Source: Rhizaria sp. SCN 62-66 (lineage: Eukaryota). From it: DNA of 20,000 bases. The notes beneath the pieces are model-generated. The model saw only the letters and a program-made list of their open reading frames with translations, was not told where the DNA came from and searched no databases. The position numbers and the translations under genes were made by a program. Shown piece after piece: positions 9,586 through 18,687 of this stretch. Positions within the stretch are counted from its first letter, which is position 1, and each line of letters starts with the position of its first letter. The stretch covers positions 54,768 through 74,767 of the forward strand of contig MEDY01000118.1 in assembly GCA_001724265.1 (NCBI GenBank), given 5' to 3'.

Positions 9586-11348
9586 TCACTTGCGGACCAC
9601 GCCACCAACGGGCGCGGGTGCCTGGCTGGGGTCCGCAAAGATCTGGTGCTTCTCGCCCAGCTTCTTGCGCTCCAGCACTGCGTCAAGCGCGGCTGTGAGG
9701 TCGACGGAGCGCTTGAAGGCCAGCGCGAGGCACTGGTTGAGCTGGTCCTTGGTAATAGAGCAGCCGCCGGACTTCTGCAGCGCGCAGACCTCCTTGGCCG
9801 AGTTCATCGCGACGGTGATGGTGGCGTCGCACGTCAGGTCCTCGGACAGGGAAGGGTCCAGCACGATCACGCCGGCGTCTGAAACAACAACAAAACATGA
9901 TACGCGGACACATTACACAGTGTGATGATTAAAGTGAGACATAGCACAGCGTAGTATATAGTACGACTAACATAAATGTGACAAACAAAAATAATCGGAA
10001 GAAAAGTATTGGTCATGTCCGAACATCATAAATTTGTCCGAGTCAGATATGTCGTTGTTTCGCTTGGCTTCAAGACGTACCCTCGAAGACGGCAAAAGTG
10101 TTCGAGATGGGCGTGTGGTGCAGCGCCAGTGGCACGGGTTGCTGCTCGGCGGGCGGGTGCACGGTCACCGTGGTGCCCACCACGGTCACGTCGGGGCGCC
10201 GGAAGGACTTGAGGGACGCCATCGCCGCCAGCACACAGCAGTCGGTCATGTTGCCTGAGGTGGGGAGACACGAGTGAACAACGACAAAGTTAGCAAAAGA
10301 AAGGAAACATAATAGGTTCGTGAGATGGTTTTGTGGTGCCAGGTTAGAATTGTGTGTTGGTGGTGACATCACAGTGTTTGAATCGAATTTAAATATCAAT
10401 GTCAACCATTTGCGAGCAGCTGCGTACCTTCGAAGTTGGAGACGCGGATGTCGACGCGAATGGCCCAGACCTTGCTGCCCGCGAGCACGCAGAGGGTCTC
10501 AGTGTCGAGTGCGCCGGCGTCCTTGACGCATCGCTCGACCTGGGGGAGTGGGGGAAGAAACGGAACAGAGTGAAGGCACAGAGAGGAAACAAAATCAGTA
10601 TGAGTGATAGTGATCCGCCACAAATCACACAGTAACGAAAAAAATAGGTGAAGCGGTTTGCAATAGTATATCGTGCGTACCATCCTGCCGACCTCGACGC
10701 TCTTGGGCGTGGGGCGGTTAGCCTCGAAGTAGGGGCTGGCCATGGGGGAGAAGTCGACGGAGAAGGTCAGCAGGCCCTCCTCGGGGCGGTCGGGGGACGG
10801 CTCCACGAGCTCGGCAGTGACCGCCGATGTCACGCTCGTGCCGCCCATCTGTATTGCGCAGTGGTTAAATCAACATAACAAGATGACAAATAAGTAGGAG
10901 TGAGGTTGGATGAGATCTAGAGATAAGAATAGTGTGGTTGCGATCGCGTGGGTTTGGACGATGTTCTCACGATGAGGGTCTAGGGGAACGTACCGTAACC
11001 TCAGCGTCGCCAGCGTTGGTGCCAAGAGTAATAGTGGCGCGGCGGGAAGCGTTGGCGCCACGGCCGTCAACACGGAGACCTGTTTGAAGCAAGGGCACAA
11101 GCAATAGTGGAAGTGGGAAAAAGCGGGACCGTGAGTCGGGACAGCGAACGGTAGAAGCGACACAGTGACAGATAGTGACGCATTTAGGACGCAAAAACGT
11201 GCTGACATGTAAACTAGATTGTTTTACGCCAGATGATTGTGTCTAAAGTCTACAGATCCAAGATTAGTGACGTACCGGAACGGAGTGCGGCGGTGATGAA
11301 CTCGCGCTCGTTGGTCGACACGGGCCGCTCCTTGTGCAACGTAGACAT
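9586..11348 (-). CDS. RRP45: Exosome complex component RRP45 (EXOSC9), RNase PH-like ring subunit, 301 aa, 6 exons
   Basis: Exons 11348..11276, 11079..10994, 10848..10681, 10539..10428, 10254..10081 and 9878..9586 total 906 nt (302 codons). Motifs: STNEREFITAALRSGLRVDGR, PSPDRPEEGLLTFSVDFSPMASPYFE, ALDTETLCVLAGSKVWAIRVD, GNMTDCCVLAAMASLKSFRRPDVT, PVPLALHHTPISNTF, VLDPSLSE, EVCALQKSGG. FRRPDV and PL-LHH-P favour RRP45 over RRP42/43. Confidence 0.95.
9879..10080 (-). other. Spliceosomal intron (202 nt), RRP45 intron 5
   Basis: GTACGT...TTGTTGTTTCAG; phase 1. Confidence 0.93.
10255..10427 (-). other. Spliceosomal intron (173 nt), RRP45 intron 4
   Basis: GTACGC...CTAAC...CCCCACCTCAG; phase 1, restores FEGNMTD. 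Confidence 0.93.
10540..10680 (-). other. Spliceosomal intron (141 nt), RRP45 intron 3
   Basis: GTACGC...CACTCCCCCAG; phase 0. It is stop-free and a multiple of 3, so the ORF track reads through it; removal restores GRMVERCVKD. Confidence 0.9.
10849..10993 (-). other. Spliceosomal intron (145 nt), RRP45 intron 2
   Basis: GTACGT...GCAATACAG; phase 0, restores AEVTMGGTSV. Confidence 0.92.
11080..11275 (-). other. Spliceosomal intron (196 nt), RRP45 intron 1
   Basis: GTACGT...GCTTCAAACAG; phase 1, restores LRSGLRVDGR. Confidence 0.93.
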
Positions 11349-11395
11349 CTGCGAAATAAACACAATAGAAAATGTAAAAAGATTAGCGATTAGAG
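11349..11395 (-). promoter_or_regulatory. 3' splice acceptor-like element directly abutting the RRP45 ATG
   Basis: The minus strand reads CTAATCGCTAATCTTTTTACATTTTCTATTGTGTTTATTTCGCAG|ATG: two CTAAT branch-like motifs, a long U-rich tract, then CAG. Confidence 0.65.
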
Positions 11396-11615
11396 TAGTG
11401 CAATTCGCTCAGCATAAAACGTGTCTTGTGTTGATAGACGGAAGACTGGCGGTGCTTGGAACATTGTCCTGAGACGACTTGTCTCTCCGCCACTTGCCAC
11501 TCCGAGACTCGTTACAACCACAAACGTGCTTTAAGAATATAACACATCGATATGACGGCGACGCTGGATGCTTCAACGTATCAACATTGAGAATATTATA
11601 TAGAGTAAATAATAT

Positions 11616-11621
11616 TTTATT
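11616..11621 (-). terminator. Candidate AATAAA polyadenylation signal of the RING-protein gene
   Basis: AATAAA on the minus strand about 140 nt after the TAA at 11759. The surrounding patch is very AT-rich, so it may be chance. Confidence 0.4.
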
Positions 11622-11758
11622 AATATGTCATATATTTTTGTAAATCCGCTATATGTCATTCCAAATCCTCATTATAAGCGACGGAGTGTTCATCATCGCT
11701 TCTTGTTGACATGCTCTGCAGCGGACAGACGCGAAACCGTTTCACTCACTAAAACGCG

Positions 11759-13878
11759 TTATAGCTCGGGGAACCCGTCCCCGCCCCGCCCCTTACCCTT
11801 CTTGCCGGCCGCACCCGCCCACGCGCCCCGCAGCGCACCGGCGCCAGAGCCAGCGCCGCTGTTAGTGTTGGCATTCGCGCCAGATCTAGACTGCGACTGC
11901 GCCTGTGCCTGCGGCTGCGGCTGCGAGGGCTGAGAGATCTCGAGCGACGCGCGCAGAGCGGCCGCGAGCTGCCAGTCGTCCTCGTCGTCGCCGTGGCCGC
12001 CCGCGTTGCCGCTGTAGCTCCCGTAGCCGGTGTTGGCGCCAGTGCTGGCGCCGCCGCCGCTCCGGATGCTGCTCGGCTTCGCGCCGCGGGCCGCCGCAGC
12101 CGCGGTCGCGGGAGAGGGCTGCCCCCTGCTGTTGCCGCTTGCACTTGCACCGCCAGCGGCAGAGCCGCTGTTGCTGGTGTTAGCGCTGTTGCCTGCGGCT
12201 GGGATCGCAGTCGACGCGTAGCCCTTGCGCACCGACACGTGCCCGCTGCCGCTGGCGTTTAGGGCAGCAACGCCAGCGTTGCCGCCGGAGCCGCCGCCGA
12301 CAACGCTGGCGACCATCGCCCCGGTCTGGTTCGCGAAAAATGCTGACCCGCCGGAGAACGAGCCTCCGCCAGCGTTGCCGTCATTCCAGCCGCCCCAATC
12401 GCCTCCGTAGCCCCCATGGCCGTGGCCGTGGCCGTGTCGGCCGCGGCCGCCGCCGCCGTGGTAGCTCGAGTTCATGGCGGCCTCGCGGTGGGCGTCGGCC
12501 ACAAAGCGGGCCTGCTTGGCCGAGTCGCCGTGCTCGCGCGCGCGCACAGAGGCCTCGGCCTCGGACACGGCGGCGGCGCGCGCGCGGGCCGCGAGGGCCA
12601 GGTAGCGCACCACGGCCGGCGGCAGCAAGCGCAGGGCGAGCGCCAGGGCGATGGCTGTCGAGTCGGGAAGACGGCGCAGAACCGAAAAAAGCGAGTGTGA
12701 GGAGCAAGACACCGCCGGCTGCTGCTGTGCAAGCGAACTGTCAGTGCTATTACTGATGCTGCAAGCACTGCTGTCGGAAACAACATCGGAGGATTGCGTC
12801 GTCGGAGTCATCGTCGTTGTTGCCACGAAAGCTGCGCCTCCCCAGCAACCGGCCCTGGCGCGCCGAACAAGCGCGGCCCGCGCGGCGTGCGCAACGAGCG
12901 GCTGCAGACACGGCAGCACGACGCTGGCCCTGGCGCACAGCGGCGCCGTCGCCAGCCCGTAGGCGCCGGAGCCGATGCCCTGTGCGCCGCCCTCGGGCGC
13001 GCGCAGCGGGGCCGAGAGCGAGCGCAGCCAGGGATCGAGCCCCGCGGCCGAGGTCGAGACGGACAGGGGCGCCAGCAGCAGCGACGACGGCAGCAGCACG
13101 GGCGAGAACGGCGCAGCGCCAGCCGCATTCACAGTGCCAGTCGCTGTCGCAGAACCGTCAGTCGCGACGCTGGCGCCATACGCGGCCTCGGCTTGCAGCA
13201 GCGCGTAACAAGTCTCCAGCGCGGCCACAGCGGGCGTAGCCAGCACTACGGGCTCCAGCGGCGACGCGCCCGCGCAAACCCAGCCCGCCGCGCCGAAGCC
13301 CGGGGCGGAGAGGCCGGCGGCGGTGAACGCGGTCGCGGGCGCGGGGGCGCGGGCCGCGGCAGGGGTCGCAGTGATGGCGCGAGATTTGCCGCTGCCGTGA
13401 CCGGTCTTGATCGCATTCGTCGCGGCAGCCATGGCCGAGAGCAGCAGCGCGTCTGCGCCAGTGTCAACAGCGACAGAGTCAGCACCAGCAGCGACGCTCG
13501 CGCCCGCGCCGCCTGAGGCCGCGTCGCCGCCGCCCCAGTGGCCGACAAGCGTGAGCGCGGCCTCGACGAACGCGCCCTCCTCCTCGGCGGGCAGCAGCTC
13601 GGGCTCGAGACTGTCTGCGTACGCCGACGGCAGCGCGGCCAGCAGCGCGATGCCCGCGGCCGTCACGGTCGTCGGCAACGGGCTGCTCCCGGCCCCGGTC
13701 GCGGCCGCAGTCGCGACGCTGCCGCTGCCGCTGCTCGCGCTGCTGAGGCTGGGGGAGAGACCGAGCGAGGGGAACGAGGGCTGCTGCTGCTGCTGCTGCT
13801 GCGAGCCGCGGCCCGCGGCAGCCAGGCGGGCGGCCATGCTCACTGCACCGCCAGCGCCAATGTTCCCGCTCAGACTGC

Positions 13879-13913
<35 letters not shown>

Positions 13914-16900
13914 TTGCTGCTGACGCTCGTAGCAGCAGAGGAGACGGAGACCGACCCCAGGCCGCCGGGCCTGCAGCGCATGGCCGACTCCACCGCCGCG
14001 GTGATCTTGGTGGCCGCGGCGTCGCGCCGGGCCGTGCGGGCGGCGCGCTGAGCGGCGGCGTCCGCGGCCGCCGCCGCGGCGGCCAGGCGAAGCGCGCGCG
14101 CGTGCGGCGCGGCGGCGGCCGCCGCGGCCGAGGGCGGCGCCAGGGTCAGGCGCGGCAGCAGCGCGGGCGGCAGGGCCGAGGCAGCGGCGGCAGCGGCAGC
14201 GACAGCGATATCCATTGTATCGTTCGCGGCGACAGAGTGACCGTCGGCAGCAGAGGCCGAGTGCGAGTGACTGTGAGCTGAGGTGACCAGAGAGTCGCCC
14301 ACCAGCAGCGTCCCGTGCCTGTGCCCACTGCGGTGCCCGCCGCTGTGACCGTGGGCAGCGGCGGAGGAGGATGCGGCGGGCGCAAGCCTGTGGGCGACCG
14401 TCGGCCAGCGGGGGCTGGTGAGTGCGGCGGCCACCGACACGACGCACGCGGCGCCCGTGTCTCCGCCCGCGACCGCACTCAAGACGCTGGCGGTGCGGGG
14501 AACATGCGCAGCAACGGGGGCGGCTGGTGCGCTAGAACGAGAAACAGCGGCAGGATAGGGGTTCGGGTAAGGGAGGTCTAGAGCGACTGAGGGGGTGACG
14601 GTGAGCAGAGGCAGGTCGATCGCCTTCAACACATATTGCGACTGCGACAGCGGGCGTTGCTGCTGTTGCTTGCCTCTAGGATTGCTACCAGTGATCGCAG
14701 ACTTAACAGCCACGGCAGAGGCAATGGTAACAGCAGCGGCGGTGGCAGCGGCAGCGGCAGCGGCGGCGGTGGCGGCGGCAGCGACTGCGGCTGCCCACGC
14801 CTGCGCCCCCACGGCGCGGACGGTACTGACGGCCGGGGTGTCGTCCGTCGCTGCAGAGCTGGCGCTGAGAGTCGCCAAAGCGGCGTCGCAGGCCGCGAGG
14901 ACGACAGACAGCACCTTATCAGCCTCCGCCGCAGCCGCAGCCGCGGCAGCGGGAGCAGCCTCGGCCTCTGCGTCAGCCACCGCCGCCGCCACCACAGCCT
15001 CCGCAGCCGCGGTCACGGCCGCCAGCGCGGGTGCGTGCGAGTGCGACTGCGAGCCGACTGGTGTGAGGATAAGGCTCTCCTCAGGGGACCAGCGGGGCGT
15101 CACCGCCGCGGCCTCGGCACACAGGGCCAGCAGCGGGGCGCGCGCGGCCGCTACAGCGGCGACAGAGGAGATAGTGCTTGCGATTATGGTGTGGTCCGCA
15201 AACGCAGCAGAGACTGAAGACGCGAGAGCCTTGACTGCGCCTACCGTCTCTGCAACATTCGCAGAGTTGAACTCGTTCTCTGTGCTCAGCAGCGAGTGGA
15301 GCGCAGTGACAGCGTCAGTCGCGGCCTTCGCCAGCTCCGGGCGAAGTCCCCCCTTAGACTGGCCAGCGCACGTAGGCACGTTCGCCGTGCTCCGAGCAGG
15401 CGACGCCGCCGCCGCAGTTGCCATCATCGCCGTCGCCGCCGCCGCAGCCTTGGCCGCCACCTCAACCGCGCCCATCACCTTGTCCTTGCTGGCTCCCCCA
15501 CTCGAGGCAGCCGCGGTGGCGGCGTCAGAGGCGGCGTCGGCGAGAGCAGATGTGAGCGGCGTCAGCGTCGTGGAGGAAAGGGAAGTCAAGCCGCCAGAGG
15601 CCTGTCGCGCCGACCGGGCGAGCGCGGCGGCGGCCGCGGCGGCAACGCGCGACGGAGGCAGTGATAGCGCAAGAGACTGCGGCAGCTGCTCTGTGTTGAC
15701 ATGGCTGCTGCTCGATAGAGCCGGAAAGCGCGGCTGCGAGGGCCAGAACATCGAGCTCGCAAACCCACTCAACGCCATCTGCCGACTCACATCGCACGCG
15801 CTCACGCGCACGCTCACGCTCGGGGCTGCAGCCACATCAGCGCCCTCCGCACTGTTGCTCAGAGAGTGGCCCAGATCGGCGCACGTGACCATGGGCAGCA
15901 GGGGCGCGCGCGCGGGCAGCGCCGGGCCGAGCGCGGGCAGCGCGCGCGAGAAGAGCAGCGGCCGGCCGACGGGCGCGGCGCCGGGCAGCCCGGAGGCCAC
16001 GGCGGCCGTCGCCAGCGACCGCGTCAGCGACGCCAGCGGCGACGCGGTGGCGGCGCCGTCCGCAGTGGCAGCGTGCTTGAGCGCTGCGGGGCCTGCAACG
16101 AGGGCCATCAGAGTCGCCGCACTGCTTGCATCAGTTGAGCTCAAGGAGCAAGCAATAGCAGTAGAGCTCCCTCCAGCACCAGCGCCAGCGCCAGCGCCAG
16201 CACCATGATGCTGACACTTACTGACAGCAGTCGTGATCTGGCCTCTGCCACAGGCATCACCGCCGTCGCCGTCGCCGTCGCCGTGGTAGTCCAGCGCGGC
16301 GTCGCCGTCCGCGACCGTGAGCGTGACCGGCCGGAGGTCGCCCACGGTCACCACCTCGGCGCAGAGCGGGCAGTCGGCCGCCGGCAGCGTCTCAAGCCGC
16401 AGCGGCGCCAGCGGGGTCGACAGCAACCGCGCCAGCCGCGGCAGACCCAGCGACAGCGGGCTCGCGTCGGGCGCGTCGCGCAACACGCCGACACCGCTAC
16501 TGCCACTGTTGCTGTTAACACCGCGCGCAGGCACTGCGACGATACCGCCGGCGCCGCTGGCCGCGCCCCCCGTGGCTGCGGAGGCCCAGGCGCGGCTGGC
16601 GCGCTCCTGCCGCGCCGCCTCGGCCGCCACGGCCCGCCGCCGGTGCGCGCCCGCGGGCGTGCCCTCGGCCAAACTCGCACTGGCGCTCGCGCTCGCGCTC
16701 GCGCTTGAGGTGTTTGCGGGCGTGCTGGGGACGGCGGCGCGCGAGAGCAGCTGGAGCGCGCACGGCAGGCAGTACACGTGGCCGCGCGGGGTCGCCACGG
16801 GCGCGCGCGGCGGCGACAGCAGGCAGAGCGGGCAGCGCGGCAGCGCGGCGGGGGCCGGCACGGGCAGCGTCAGCGCGCGCACGGCGTGCCAGGGCGGGGT

Positions 16901-18656
16901 GAGGTCCAGCGGCACGGGCAACGCAGGCATCAGCAGCAGCAGCGTCAGGTAGTGGCGCAGGCGGGACAGCAGCGCCACTGACGGCAAAAACGACGACGAT
17001 GACTGCGCAGTTGCTGTCGACGTCGAGATCAGGGGGAACTGCATCGGACGCAACACCGACCGCAGCACACCGCCAGTCTGCGCAGAGCCGCTGCGAGCGT
17101 GACTGGCGCCAACCGCGGTCACCAGCGCGGCCTCGAGCGCCGTGGCCGCGGTGGCCTTAAGCCCGCCGCGGTGCTCGCAGTCGCTCGCGGCGGCCAGCGA
17201 CGCCGCCGCGGCAGCCGCCAGCGCAGCCGCGGCAGCCGCAAAGAGCCGGGTCTCGCCGACGCCGCTGGACTGCAGCTGCAACTGCGACTGGGACAGAGCC
17301 TGCGGCTGCGCGTGCGAGTGCGGGCGCGACAGGCTCGGGGTAGAGCTCATGTGGGGGCTGGCACAGTTGCTGTTCAGTGAAAACGACGCGCCCGGGCCGA
17401 AGGTGGAGCCGCCGCACGCTGCCGTGGCCGCAGCAGCGGCCGCCCAGTCCGGCAGCCCGCTCGCCGCACTGGCACCGCTGGCGCTGGCGCTGGCGGCGGC
17501 GGCGGCCGAGAGGTCGGGCGGGGAGAAACAGGGGTCGAGCAAGTACGGCGTCGTGATGGCGGCGGCGCGGGCGAAAGCACCGGCCTCCGCAGCGGCCGCA
17601 GCCGCAGCGCTATTGCCGCCAGCAACCGCGGTCGCAGCGGAAGCAGCAGCGGAGGCGGAGAGCGCGTAGGTGTGGAAGAACCCGCAGTGGGTAAGCAGCG
17701 GCAGCGTTTGCGCCAGCAGCCGAACGGCGGCGACGCCGGGGCCGGCCGCGTCAACCAGACTCGGGCTCGGGCTGCTCGCAGCGCTCTCAGACTCGGTCTT
17801 CGAGTGGCTGTGAGCGCCGACGGACTGACTGTGGGCAAAGGCGGCCGCGAGGGCCGCGCCCATGGGCGCGACGGCCGCGGCAGGCAGCAGCGAGCCGACG
17901 GAGGGCGCGGCGCCCAGGAGCGCGGGGAAAGCAGTCTCAGCGGTCGCGGCGGTCGCGGCCGCGGTCGCAGCGGCGGCGGCAGCGGCGGCAGTGACGTCGG
18001 CCTCGCTTGCACTCGCGCTCGTCGTTTTGACGCTCGTGGTCGAGCCAGTGATCGCGTTCTCTGTCGAGAGCGCGGCGGCGGCGACGGCGGCAGCGACGCG
18101 GGCGGGCGCGTCGGCCGCGGTCAGCAAGCCGGCCAGCGCACCCACGGTCACCCTCGCGCCGCCGAAGGCCAGCGACGCGCCCTTAGATCCTGCGCACTTA
18201 GACTGACCACTCTGCTGCTGCTGCTTGCTCTTCTTGCCCCCAGCAGTGGCGGCACCGCCGTCACTGGCGGCACTGCTGTTGCTGCTGGCGAGCGCCGCGG
18301 CGGCGGGCTCCCACGCGAGCGCGAGCGCGGCGGCGGCCCACCGCAGACGCGCCTCAGCCACGGCCTCTGCCAGCAGCGCCAGCAGCAGGCGCGCGCGCGC
18401 GTCGGCCAGCGCCAGCGCCAGCACGGCCACCGCCGACACCGAGGGATCGCGCCCGCGCCACTGCGCCGCGCGCGACTGCGGCAATGGGGGCGGCGCGGAC
18501 GGGGACTGCAACTGGGACTGTGAGATCCAAGCGAGGGCGGCGGGGACGGAGGTCAGGGGCTGCGGGCAGTCTAAGGGGGGCAGCAGTGCCGGCGCGGTCT
18601 TGAAGTACTTGGCCATGGCAGCCGCGCTACTGATGCTTGACTGCGACTGAGACTGA

Positions 18657-18687
<31 letters not shown>

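Noticed and set aside
9586-11348. Archaeal Rrp42 or bacterial RNase PH interpretation, or a frameshifted pseudogene
   Set aside because: The fragments join perfectly through five GT-AG introns into an intact eukaryotic RRP45.
12651-18650. Long plus-strand ORFs over the RING gene, including 14595..16208 (537 aa)
   Set aside because: Same antisense artefact: poly-Ala/Leu mirror translations with no independent gene signals.
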